Assembly: GCA_964016885.1 (NCBI GenBank)
Contig: OZ024752.1
Coordinates: 32,860,001 to 32,924,000, forward strand
Origin: Eledone cirrhosa
Taxonomy: Eukaryota
DNA: 64,000 nucleotides
Direction: 5' to 3'
In this document: positions 25,795 to 38,939 of the stretch, piece by piece
Layout of the letters: every line of letters starts with the position of its first letter
Numbering within the stretch: the stretch's first letter is position 1
Notes under the pieces: model-generated
What the model was told of the DNA's origin: nothing
What the model saw: only the letters and a program-made list of their open reading frames with translations
Database searches by the model: none
Position numbers and translations under genes: made by a program

Positions 25795-28262
25795 AAAAAT
25801 ATAGAAGACCAAGAACAAGACCACCAACAAGACCCGTATGCGGAGCTAATATAGCTAGCAACTACAGGATCTCCTACTTCCTCTCAATGGTTATACGCCC
25901 CATAATCAAGATGTCCCCAGATGTATGTGAAAGTACAGAGGACCTCCTCAGCAGAATCAGTGAGTGCAACAAAAACAGGAGCCTATCCAACTGCATAATA
26001 GGCAGCATGGATGTGGTGTCACTGTACCCATCCATTAACATTGATTTTGCTGTGAAAAGATGTGTGGAGATGATCATTGAGAGTGAGGTGGAGTTCTGCG
26101 ACGTCGACACAGACGAACTGGGCCTCCTACTTAGACTTACCTACGACACTGACTACCTAGACAGCCATGACCTTAGATGTTTCTGCCCTAGTAGACCTAT
26201 AAGAGGTAGACCCCCCACCATAACCTCAATGGCTAAAAAGACTCCCATAGGAAGGTGGATTGGGTGGACCAAAGCTATACGGACCCCCCAAAACACTGAT
26301 CAGGTAAGAAAAATGGTCGCACATGCAATAGGGGCTAGTATCAAAACTACCCTAAAGGGCCACATATTTAAGTTCAATGAGAAAATCTACACCCAAAATG
26401 AGGGAGCAGCCATCGGCGTCAGCATAGCTGGTGATGTTGCCAACCTTTTCATGGTATGGTGGGAAAGGAGACTTAAAGATCTCCTTAATGAAAGCTCCAT
26501 AGACCTCATCATGTACTCTCGTTATGTAGACGATATCAATATAGTTATAAGAACACCCCCACTAGAGAGCACTAACAAGTTTGATTTAGAACGTAGCACG
26601 ATGGAAAGCATCCAGCAGATAGCTAATTCCATACACCAGAGTATAACTGTAACTATAGACTTCCCTTCCAAACACCCTAACAATAGACTACCTGTATTAG
26701 ACACAGAACTCTGGATTAACACTATAGACGAGAGAGCCCAAATTCTCCACTCACACTATGCTAAACCCATGGCCTCCAAATACCTGATACTCAAAAACTC
26801 AGCAATGTCCAGTAGTGCTAAGTTTAATATTCTGATCGCAGATTTGGTACGAGTGATGAAGAATGTGTCCAGCATGTGCGACCCAACAGAAATGGAAGGA
26901 CACATCCAACACTTCATCAACCGCATGCAGTTCTCTGGCTACAACCAAAGAGACAGAGTCAGAGTATACGAAGGAGCCATGGAAAAGTATAAGACCCTCA
27001 TAGAACTGGACATGAAAGGAATTTGCCCACTATACAGGAGCAAATCATGGAATAGCTTAGATAGGGCTAGACATAAGATAGGGAAGGCCACATCATGGTA
27101 CGACAACCAGAGATATCAGAGTGTCATGTTTGTGGACGCCACCCCTGGAGGGAAATTAGCTAACCAGTGTAGAAAGGCCCTGAGAAAGACCCACTTAAAA
27201 ATAAAGGTGGTAGAAAAGCCAGGAACCACCATAAAATCCCTGATCAGCAAAACCTACCCTTTTAAGAAAACCCACTGTACCAATAGGAAATGTATCATAT
27301 GTAAGGTGAACCCCCGGATAAACTGTAAAACTAGAAACGTAGTCTATAGTATAAGATGTACAGAGGGTACTTGCAGAAACACGACAACAACATACATAGG
27401 TGAGACAGCTCGTAGCATAGGTGAAAGGATAGACCAACACTGGGGGGAACTAAAAGGACGAAAAAACGGGTCAGTACTATACGAACATGCTAGACATGAC
27501 GGTAACATAGACAACATAGAAATTAGAATAATATCTAAACATAGGAATGACCCAGCAGATAGGCAAATCAGAGAGGCCAGTGAAATAGAAATTAGAAGAC
27601 CAAAGCTAAACAGAAAGAATGAGTGGAACAACAACAACACCCAAACAAACAACACTGACCTAAGAGAAGTATAAATAAATAAGTAAATTAAATAAAATAA
27701 AATAAGATAAATAAATACATACACAAGCACATAAACACACACTAGTCACCCAGCAGACACAACACTATACACACTAGTCACACATCACACATAACACTAT
27801 ACACACACGCAAACGCATGCGCAAAGAAGACAAAATAAAATAAGATAAACAAACAAGCAAATAAATAAATAAATATATAGACAGACTGAACAAAAAAAAA
27901 ATGGCGTAGACATACAACACAACAGGAGGAACAATGAATATAACACCACTGACGATGTTGCAGATGTGCAACGAAAGATTTATGTAAATTATGTAAACTA
28001 TATATATATGTGTTTGTCTATATTGTATCTGTATTATTTTTGACCGCCGGTCAGTCAATGGCAACATTGAGGACCGAGTAAGTTAGATCGCAGATATATA
28101 TATATAAAAGACAGCGAGAAGCGAAAACCAACCAAACAGTGAGTGTGTTCTGTTATTAATTCTGGCAATATTACGCAAATATGACCCTCCCCAAATATAA
28201 CAATATCTGTTTCGACACACGATTTCATATAAAAAACCTCGCAAAACTAATTCATCGCCGCT
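25795..28262 (+). mobile_element. Penelope-like element, copy 2 (tandem duplicate, 2906-bp period)
   Basis: Near-identical to copy 1, including the upstream 220-bp leader. Confidence 0.9.
25887..27674 (+). CDS. Penelope RT plus GIY-YIG endonuclease (595 aa)
   Basis: Same protein as copy 1 except for an in-frame QQ deletion. Confidence 0.88.
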   Translation: MVIRPIIKMSPDVCESTEDLLSRISECNKNRSLSNCIIGSMDVVSLYPSINIDFAVKRCVEMIIESEVEFCDVDTDELGLLLRLTYDTDYLDSHDLRCFCPSRPIRGRPPTITSMAKKTPIGRWIGWTKAIRTPQNTDQVRKMVAHAIGASIKTTLKGHIFKFNEKIYTQNEGAAIGVSIAGDVANLFMVWWERRLKDLLNESSIDLIMYSRYVDDINIVIRTPPLESTNKFDLERSTMESIQQIANSIHQSITVTIDFPSKHPNNRLPVLDTELWINTIDERAQILHSHYAKPMASKYLILKNSAMSSSAKFNILIADLVRVMKNVSSMCDPTEMEGHIQHFINRMQFSGYNQRDRVRVYEGAMEKYKTLIELDMKGICPLYRSKSWNSLDRARHKIGKATSWYDNQRYQSVMFVDATPGGKLANQCRKALRKTHLKIKVVEKPGTTIKSLISKTYPFKKTHCTNRKCIICKVNPRINCKTRNVVYSIRCTEGTCRNTTTTYIGETARSIGERIDQHWGELKGRKNGSVLYEHARHDGNIDNIEIRIISKHRNDPADRQIREASEIEIRRPKLNRKNEWNNNNTQTNNTDLREV

Positions 28263-28365
28263 ATATATATATATATATATACATATGTATATATATATAT
28301 ATATGCATATATGTATATATATATATATATATATACATATGTATATATATATATATACATATGTG

Positions 28366-28471
<106 letters not shown>

Positions 28472-28547
28472 GTATATATAAATATATATATATATATACA
28501 TATGTATATATAAATATATATATATATATATATTTATGTATATATAA

Positions 28548-28585
<38 letters not shown>

Positions 28586-28600
28586 ATTTATATATTTATA

Positions 28601-28665
<65 letters not shown>

Positions 28666-28666
28666 T

Positions 28667-28699
<33 letters not shown>

Positions 28700-28860
28700 A
28701 TATTTATATATTTATATATATATATGTATATATATATATATTTATATATTTATATTTATATATATATATATATTTATATATTGTATATATATATAAATAT
28801 ATATATATTTATATATTTATATATTTATATATATCTTTATATATTGTATATATATATATT

Positions 28861-28891
<31 letters not shown>

Positions 28892-28935
28892 TGCATATAT
28901 ATATATTTATATATTGTATATATATATATATGTAA

Positions 28936-28976
<41 letters not shown>

Positions 28977-28984
28977 TATATATA

Positions 28985-29072
<88 letters not shown>

Positions 29073-29080
29073 TATATATA

Positions 29081-29142
<62 letters not shown>

Positions 29143-29701
29143 AAAGGAAAAAGTCAGGACCCCGACGGCTGAGCTCCGGGCGTTTCAGCAGCTTGATCCG
29201 CGTGGGTCGTTGGCTGTGTATGTAAATTTTATAATAAAACTTTAAAAGTATTTCTTTGTCAATTTTGTCTTTAGTGACAGTTTTATCTGGGAGCACTTAG
29301 AGTAACCAGATTATTTCTTCGTATGAGTGGACTGCCGTTAAAATTGAGTTACCTAAAATGGGTGTCCCTTTTTTTTTTTTCACAATTAGTAATGAACTGT
29401 GAGTTCGATGCCAGTGGCAGTAAAATCAGCTAACATAACAAGGAAATATCGATATAGTGTATTCTCTGGAGACGATATTAATTCGTCAAATAAACACATT
29501 ATATTTGAGCAGGACTTGTCATTGGTGATGGTGGTGGCAGTGATGATAGTAATGTGGTGGTGGTGATGGTAGTAGTATTAGTAGAAGCGCTAGTAGTGAT
29601 AGTAATGTGGTGGTAGTAGTGTTAGTAGAGGTGGTGGTGGTGATGGTAAATAGTCAACTCGGCGTAATAGTCGAAAGCAGAACAGACAAAATGGCAGAGA
29701 A

Positions 29702-29780
<79 letters not shown>

Positions 29781-29781
<1 letters not shown>

Positions 29782-30377
29782 TAGCTAAAGTACACGTCCT
29801 TTGGACGGTTCAAGTAGCTTTCGATGTAGCTCATTAAACTAAACAAAGTAAATTTGAATATATAGAAGAAAAACGTACTTTATGTAAACATGAAAACCTT
29901 AGGCACTATTCCAGCGAAATAATTAATATGTGAGCTCGGTGTCATCCGTTATACCATGTAACAACAGAAATCCAGTCTAGGTATACATTTTTTTGACAAC
30001 AGTAAAACCTTTTGTTTCAAGTACAATGAGTAAAGTAAAATCCGAATGAGCCGAATTGTACTAATCAAAATCCCTAAACAAAATGTTTGACAACATAAAA
30101 AATGAGTTCCTATTGTATTGACGAAAGATAACTCTTGTCTTACTTAATCACGAAAATTTACACAAATAACCGAAACTTTTTTAATGTCTCCAAAGGCCCC
30201 AATATCGATTTTTGAAAGCTTTTGTAGATCATGTACAGATTTTGTGCAGAGGAGAAGCTCTGTAAAAAATTTCAAAGAAATCGCATGAATGGTTTAGAAT
30301 ATATGAGCCCTCATTAAAAATTGTCCACACACACATACACACACATACAGAAAACTATATTTTTATATATATACAGA
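29781..30377 (-). mobile_element. Non-autonomous Helitron
   Basis: Minus strand reads 5'-TC...hairpin CGTCC/GGACG...CTAG-3', inserted between A and T. Confidence 0.75.
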
Positions 30378-30413
30378 TATATATTCCTTTTATTAAGGCT
30401 AAGTAGTGAATCT

Positions 30414-30457
30414 TGTTACTCTGGAGTTTCGCCTGTTTATCACCGGGTCATCAGACA
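30414..30457 (-). ncRNA. Type I hammerhead
   Basis: TGT-CTGATGA-stem II-GAAA-CTC-CA-GAG-T-A-ACA. Confidence 0.65.
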
Positions 30458-30840
30458 TATATTGACATTCATACAAAAAAAACAAAAACGTACTATATAC
30501 AGTCCCACTAACATACATATATCCCTGTATATATATCATGGTTGCCCTATATATATCACAGTTACCTACAAAAATTTAGCAGTGCAATCACTTTATTTTA
30601 AACACGGTGGGGGGTTCTGTTGCACACCCATCACTGTCCCCACTACAACCACCACCACCACCACCACCACCACCACCACCATCTCATGTATATATATATT
30701 TAAGATATATGTTCTTCTTCCTCCTCTTCTTCTTTTTCTGCTCCTGTATCGCCTTGCCGTCGGGGTCATACTTTTTCCTATTTCCCACTCTACTACCCTG
30801 GTGCGTTATGGTCCATTTGGTTCCTTACCACAATTCCTTC

Positions 30841-30878
<38 letters not shown>

Positions 30879-30884
30879 TGTATG

Positions 30885-30959
<75 letters not shown>

Positions 30960-30962
<3 letters not shown>

Positions 30963-31500
30963 GAGGTTATATTTAATTTGTTGGGATTCAACAAGCTTTA
31001 GCATTTTTTCATAACTGATATAAAGCACTCAACAAGTTAGTGGAGTAAATATACAATATATTAATAAATGGAAACTATACTTATAAAACCATATTTATTT
31101 TATTATACATATTTCAAGGGCGACCAAGGTAAATTATGGTGCGCTTTCTTCAGATAAAATACAGATTTTTTTTATAAATAAATATTCACATACCCGGAAA
31201 AAAGACAACCTCAACGGTTGAAATTCGCTGGATAGTCACTATCCAGCGAATTTCAACCGTTGAGGTTGTCTTTTTTCCGGGTATGTGAATATTTATTTAT
31301 AAAACAAATCTGTATTTTATCTGAAGAAAGCGCATAACGCACCAGAATACTCAATACTTAGGGTAGTAGAGTGGGAAATGGGAAAAAGTATGACCCCGAC
31401 GGCAGAGCTCAAGCCGTTTCGACGGGTATTTCTGGACTCTGAGTCCAGAAATAGCCGTCGAAACGGCTTGAGCTCTGCCGTCGGGGTCATACTTTTTCCT
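30960..31500 (-). mobile_element. Family C fold-back pLTR (hammerhead about 31096-31160) fused to a family A fold-back (31334-31500)
   Basis: Hairpin centred near 31238; TATTTTAT-CTGAAGA..GAAA-TATGTA-TA-ATAAAATA on the minus strand. Confidence 0.75.
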
Positions 31501-31582
31501 ATATATATATATATATATATATATATCCATATATATATATACATACATATAAATATATATATATATATATATATATGTATAC

Positions 31583-31617
<35 letters not shown>

Positions 31618-31637
31618 TACATATAAATATATATGTA

Positions 31638-31697
<60 letters not shown>

Positions 31698-31703
<6 letters not shown>

Positions 31704-32183
31704 ATACTTGGGGAGGGTCATATTTGCGTAATATTGCCAGAATTAATAACAGAACACACTCACTGTTTGGTTGGTCTTCGCTTCTCGCTGTCTTTTATAT
31801 CTGCGATCTAACTTACTCGGTCCTCAATGTTGCCATAAAAAATGGCGTAGACATACAACACAACAGGAGGAAAAAAAAATATAACACCACTGACGATGTT
31901 GCAGATGTGCAACGAAAGATTTATGTAAATTATGTAAACTATATATATGTGTTTGTGTCTATATTGTATCTGTATTATTTTTGACCGTCGGTCAGTCAAT
32001 GGCAACATTGAGGACCGAGTAAGTTAGATCGCAGATATAAAAGACAGCGAGAAGCGAAAACCAACCAAACAGTGAGTGTGTTCTGTTATTAATTCTGGCA
32101 ATATTACGCAAATATGACCCTCCCCAAGTATAACAATATCTGTTTCGACACACGATTTCATATAAAAAACCTCGCTAAACTAA
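31698..32183 (+). mobile_element. Solo pLTR of the 22.9-28.3 kb Penelope family with an inverted 5' segment
   Basis: 31838-32183 matches about 24998-25352; 31698-31836 is the inverted part. Further fragments at 52770-52793 and 57305-57482. Confidence 0.85.
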
Positions 32184-32297
32184 TATATATATATATATAT
32201 ATATAACGAAGGAAATGTGGTAAGGAACCAGGTGGACCATAACGCACCAAAGTACTCAATACTTGAGGTAGTAGAGTGGGTAATAGGAACCAGTAAG

Positions 32298-32391
32298 ACC
32301 CCGACAGCTGAGCTCAAGCCGTTTCGACGGCTAATTCTGGACTAAATGAAAATTTATCCTGGTATTTAAATAGCCGATCTTCTCAAAGGGT
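32298..32391 (-). ncRNA. Family A hammerhead with U3-A8 variant core
   Basis: ACCCT-TTGAGAA-GATCGGCTA..TAGCCGTC-GAAACGGC-TTGAGCTCA-GCTGT-C-GGGGT (GUC triplet). Confidence 0.75.
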
Positions 32392-32784
32392 AATTCCATA
32401 TATGGTCAAAGTGATTGTCAAAAATCAGTAGTAATTCTGTGGTTGCAAATTAGTAGGGGAGATGGTGGCTAAACCTGCCAGTAGGAGAAAGAGGGGAGGG
32501 GGTGGAGTAGACCCAATCAAGCGTTGGTAGTGCCAGCTACAGCTGGGCATGAGGTCAAAGAAGATACAGGGGAGGGGGAGGGGGAGGAAGTCGGAACGGT
32601 AGGTAGAACAATGGGGGGTAGAAATATATAGGAAAGAAAAAAATACTGAGAGTGAAGAAAAGCAAATAAGTGTAAAGAAAAAAGTAAAGTAAATTAAATT
32701 CTACGACCTAGGTGTCAGGCTATTGTTAGGCTAGAATAAAATAAAGAAAGAAAGAAGGAAGTAAATAAATAAATAAATAAATAA

Positions 32785-32833
<49 letters not shown>

Positions 32834-32985
32834 TAACAGATTAAAGTTTAAGCAAAGAATCGCTGCTTTCACCCTGAACGGGATCTTCTGAAATCAACAA
32901 AGTCAATCTGTAAACGCAGAAGCGGATATTTCAAAAAGCGCTGCAACTGGAGGAAGACAGGAAGACGATACTTTGGCTCGTGGAA

Positions 32986-33252
32986 ACGTTCGCTGGCAAA
33001 GAACGGGAAAGGGAAAAAACGAATATAATACGTCATTAATAGGAGCGGAGAAAAACAATTACGCGCAAAGACAGAACCACGTTAATGGTATAAAAGAGGT
33101 CGTAGACTAATGTTCTCTTTGGTGGTTCATAGAGACGTTCTCTGGCAATGAACGAAAAAAAAACGAAGATAATGCGTCATATGTGGAGCGTGGAGAACAA
33201 TAGCACGCAAAGACAAAACCACGTAAATGGTATAGCAGAAGTCGTAGACTAA
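32986..33252. repeat. Diverged direct duplication, about 150-bp period
   Basis: ACGTTC.CTGGCAA.GAACG...GTCGTAGACTAA occurs twice. Confidence 0.7.
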
Positions 33253-33866
33253 AATTCTAACAAGGAGACCGAATGAATCTCCGCTACAGAGTTAAGAACA
33301 AAGTAAATAAATACAATACAGAAGTAATAGAAATAAATAAATACATACACGCAAACAAATACGTACATACACAAGCATACGCAAAACACTTACCATAGGT
33401 ATACAAAACCACGCACATATAAATATGTGTGTGTGTGTGTATGCGTGTATACAAATAACTAAATAATTATATAAACGTATATAAATAAATAAATACGTAT
33501 ATAACAAGCGCACACACATATCTACAAGTAAATACACGAATGTTCGGAGACGTAAGTCAACCAAAACTTGAAGTACGCATATACACACACCCTACATACG
33601 TACGAACCTGCATACTCACACAGACGCAAAACTCCCGTATACACATAGCCAAACCATATGTAGCAGAATATATAAAATTTCACGCCATAACATAAACAAT
33701 CAGATATACGTACGAGAAGGTATACTTACCTTCACAAAACAAACGGGTAATATATACTTACCTATGCAAATATATACTTACCTATGCTCTACGGTTCTTA
33801 TATATTTGATATATATTTATCCTTATCGAGCCCTCTTTGGATTTTAGTCTTCAAATTTATTATTAT

Positions 33867-33940
<74 letters not shown>

Positions 33941-33946
<6 letters not shown>

Positions 33947-34950
33947 AATTTATATCTAGTAACATTTATATACACACAGATGCATATCAATGCTAGCAAA
34001 TATATAGGTTTTGTCTTATTAACATTGTGGTTCAATGCATGGGGTTGCAGAACAATAATATGAGAGACGTAAAATAAGAAAATTATAAAATTAACTTACT
34101 TACTAAAAAATCACTTCCAACTAATTAGTTTCTGGAATGGAGTAAATATATTTTCCGAAGAAACGTAGAAAATCATTCCGTCATCAGGAAAGTCTTTTTC
34201 CGTGTAAGTCTCCAGGCATAGCGAGGACTCTGGAAACTTATTTAAAAAAAAATAATTCAGTGGAAAGGAAATAGCGAAGCGTGGACTGGATTCCTAGCCA
34301 TTGAGAAAATCACTGCCTCTACGTCTGTGGCAAATTCAAAAAGAATCAATCACGTGACATCGAGGTCAATCAGTGGAAAGCGAGTGGTTAATAAGACAGC
34401 GGCCAGCCTACTACCATAGTAGCAGTCATGGCCAAATATTGCTCGACAAATGAATTGGAGATAATTATAAGGAATTTATATCTAGTAACATTTATATACA
34501 CACAGATGCATATCAATGCTAGCAAATATATAGGTTTTGTCTTATTAACATTGTGGTTCAATGCATGGGGTTGCAGAACAATAATATGAGAGACGTAAAA
34601 TAAGAAAATTATAAAATTAACTTACTTACTAAAAAATCACTTCCAACTAATTAGTTTCTGGAATGGAGTAAATATATTTTCCGAAGAAACATATAGAAAA
34701 TCATTCCGTCATCAGGAAAGTCTCTTTCCGTGTAAGTCTCCAGGCATAGCGAGGACTCTGGAAACTTTTTTTTAATAAGTTTCCAGAGTCCTCGCTATGC
34801 CTGGAGACTTACACGGAAAAAGACTTTCCTGGTGACGGAATGATTTTCTATATGTTTCTTCGGAAAATATATTTACTCCATTCCAGAAACTAATTAGTTG
34901 GAAGTGATTTTTTAGTAAGTAAGTTAATTTTTTAATTTTCTTATTTTACG

Positions 34951-34957
<7 letters not shown>
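33941..34957 (-). mobile_element. Non-coding partial-tandem plus inverted element (526-bp period), Penelope pLTR or retrozyme-like
   Basis: 33941-34240 is repeated from 34467; inverted 34778-34957; CTGATGA..GAAA boxes on the minus strand. Confidence 0.7.
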
Positions 34958-35042
<85 letters not shown>

Positions 35043-35095
35043 ATATGTATATATATATATATATATATACATACATATATATATGTATATATATG

Positions 35096-35181
<86 letters not shown>

Positions 35182-35248
35182 CATATATATATGTATATAT
35201 ATACATACATATATATATATGTATATATATGTATATATCTATACATAC

Positions 35249-35293
<45 letters not shown>

Positions 35294-35332
35294 CATACAT
35301 ATAAATATATATATATATGTATATATATATAC

Positions 35333-35419
<87 letters not shown>

Positions 35420-35471
35420 TACATACATATAAATATGTATATATATATATATACATACATATAAATATGTA

Positions 35472-35584
<113 letters not shown>

Positions 35585-35603
35585 ATATATATATGTATGT
35601 ATG

Positions 35604-35640
<37 letters not shown>

Positions 35641-35644
<4 letters not shown>

Positions 35645-36220
35645 CTCTGAGTTTTTCATCCTCAGTGTATACTGATTAATGTTCAGAGCCATCCTCAGCA
35701 TTCTCGTGTAGCACCCATCCACCATCTGAGTGAGTCTCTTGGTCAGTGTCCAAGCCTCAGACCCATACAGCAGCACAGACTCCACTACAGCAATGAAGAG
35801 GCGGATTTTCAGGTCTCTACGAAGGTCCGACTTCCACACCGATCTCAAGCTGTGACACGCCGCCCAGGCCTTGCTCTTCCTCCCAACCACATCATCTTCC
35901 GTATTCCCAATCTTTGCTCCCAAATACAGGAAGTCCTCAGAGCTATATGGGAGCATCCCAAAAGTCAGCTCAAAAGTGACACAGAGGAGATTGAGGTTGG
36001 CTGGACATGCTCACCGACGTCCAGAGTTGACATTGCACTCAGTGCTCCTTTGGGAGCCCCTACATGGACACACTAGAAGAGGAAGACCAAGGTTAACATA
36101 TGTTGATGCCCTAAGGACAGACACTGGTCTGTTGGAGATGCAGGATATGGCAGCGATAATGAGGGACAGAGACCGCTGGAGAGAACTCGTCCATGGATCT
36201 CGGGAATTTTACCCGCCCTA

Positions 36221-36222
<2 letters not shown>
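35641..36222. mobile_element. 5'-inverted RTE LINE insertion in (TA)n
   Basis: Minus-strand [22 protein letters not shown] continues on the plus strand as [24 protein letters not shown]. Confidence 0.88.
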
Positions 36223-36310
<88 letters not shown>

Positions 36311-36311
36311 G

Positions 36312-36354
<43 letters not shown>

Positions 36355-36355
36355 G

Positions 36356-36407
<52 letters not shown>

Positions 36408-36445
36408 ATATATATATATGTATGTATATATATATAATATATATG

Positions 36446-36491
<46 letters not shown>

Positions 36492-36523
36492 ATATATATA
36501 TATGTATGTATATATATATAATA

Positions 36524-36575
<52 letters not shown>

Positions 36576-36634
36576 CATACATATATATATGTATATATAT
36601 ATATACATACATATATATATGTATATATATATAT

Positions 36635-36725
<91 letters not shown>

Positions 36726-36728
<3 letters not shown>

Positions 36729-37333
36729 TGGCTGCCAACTCGTTTTCGAGTACGGCCACTACTTTATATCCATATAGGAGAACCCCTACCGATGCACTGA
36801 ACGAGTGTGACCTTTTAGTCCAGCCAGCGACTTGAAAACTCTGGTACAAACACTACACTTGTGACAAATATTGACACATAGTGCTGGGGTCATGGTACCC
36901 TGTGACGACAAGTGCAGAGAGATCTCCTGATATAAAGCAATGCCTGTGCCGTGAAGCTTTTATAGTGAGCAAAGGCACTGCACAAAGCCAGTCCCACTCT
37001 CTTAACCAAGATGATATTTACCAAAAAGAAGAACAAGTCAACATCATTGGATACCATCAGAGTTGCAGGTGTTATATCAGAGTTTTCCTTCTCCTAGAAT
37101 TCTGCCTTGACAAAGGCTAAGGGGTCATCTCTCCCGGTGATTTTGGATGGCCATTGACTCTTAAGAGCTCCTTTGCCCTTTGACAGGTCTTATTTTTAGT
37201 CCTGCAGGATGTCCAAAGTCACCCTCCTCACCAAGAAACCTTGGTGGGGTTGCCAGTTTAGTCGCCAACGACCCGACCATGGGACAGGTTGTACTGGGAT
37301 ACATGTTACCAGTAGCACCAACTGGTGACCTGA
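36726..37333 (-). mobile_element. Probable LINE (RTE-like) untranslated or SINE-like fragment
   Basis: GC-richer insert in (TA)n; no convincing ORF; the resemblance is from memory only. Confidence 0.3.
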
Positions 37334-37343
37334 CATACATATA

Positions 37344-37384
<41 letters not shown>

Positions 37385-37616
37385 ATACATATAAATATAT
37401 ATATATCTATATATATATATATATATATGTAGATAAATCTACCAAAAATTTACGGTAGTGTCCAATCCGTATGAAGAACTCAATGTAATTCGGATATCAT
37501 GAAAAGAGAAGATGCATTCAAAAACTATTTTCGGTGAAAATTAACGGAAAACAGTGTCAAGATAAATTAATAAAATAATGAATAAACAAAAACAGTTCCT
37601 TATATTAAAATAATTC

Positions 37617-37754
37617 ATCATTTTACGATCGTTTCTAGGATATATATGTGTTAGTGTTGGTATGCATATTCTATAGATCTATGTAAAATATTTATACAAA
37701 CTATCAGAGGGAATATACATACCTACACATATATATGCTGTCTTCAGAAATAAT
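37617..37754 (-). ncRNA. Type I hammerhead with long stem II
   Basis: ATTATTT-CTGAAGA..GAAA-C-GATC-G-T-A-AAATGAT. Confidence 0.75.
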
Positions 37755-38939
37755 GATATTTGTTTATTGAATAAAACAAAGATTCAATACAATAGATCTG
37801 TTTGGGAACAGGTTTTGAATTGACCAATAGAAGGATAGTGAAGGTCAAGATAGTAATATAGTAGTAGAAGAAGAACCTTAAATTATGGGTAGAGGAAGGT
37901 AGATTTCAGTTTTGGATGGAAAAGAATATTATGAATGAAAGATTATTTTAGGGATGAAAATAGGTCGTATGCTGACCTCAGAAATAATTATATTTGTTCA
38001 TTGAATAAAACCAACAAAGATCTAATATAGTCTGTCTGTTTGGTAAGAGGTTTAGAATTAACCAATAGAAAGTTAATAATTGGCCAAATGGTAAAATAGT
38101 AGTAATTGAAGCATATTTTAGGGGTAGAATAAGGCAGATTACAGTTTTGAATGGAGTGTGAAGAATGAGAAGGTTATTTTAGGGGTGAAAATAGGTCAGG
38201 TCAGTAAAAGGTATACGAGCAGTTGTTGTTATAAAATAGTAATGCCAATGCGAATATCTAAGGAGACTAAAATTTTACAATAAGAGTGTTAGTGAAAAAA
38301 ATACATCTATGAAAAGAATATAAATTAATTTAATTGATGGGTATATTTATATTGATAAAATTATACTAATGCATATAGATATGATAAATAAGAGTTAGAT
38401 GTAGTTGAAGAGTGCTGTTAAAGATGAGGGGAAATTAAAAGAATATAAAAATAATATATATATACATATATATATATATACATACATACACACATACATA
38501 TATATATATACATATATACACATATATACATCCATATATATATATATATACACACACATACATATATACATATACATATAATTATTGGGGGGGGGGGAAT
38601 TAAATTTATTAGTGAGAAATAATAAATATATAGAGATTTCAAGGAACATAGAGTTATAACCTGAAATTAAAGCATTATATATGTTTAAATCCCGCCGAGG
38701 TTAACTTTGCCTTTCATCCTTACGGGGTCGATAAAATAAAGTACCAGTAATGCACTGGGTAATTGCTGGCCTTGTGCCAAACGTAGAAACAATTATATAT
38801 GTTTACTTAATGGTATCAGTTTTTAGGAAATGATAGTTGTAAGAAGGAAAGTAAAATTATGTAGTTCATCAGTAGTAGAATATTAATTATAGGTTAACTA
38901 AATTAAAAACAGTTTATATATTAATTTCTAAAGTGTATA

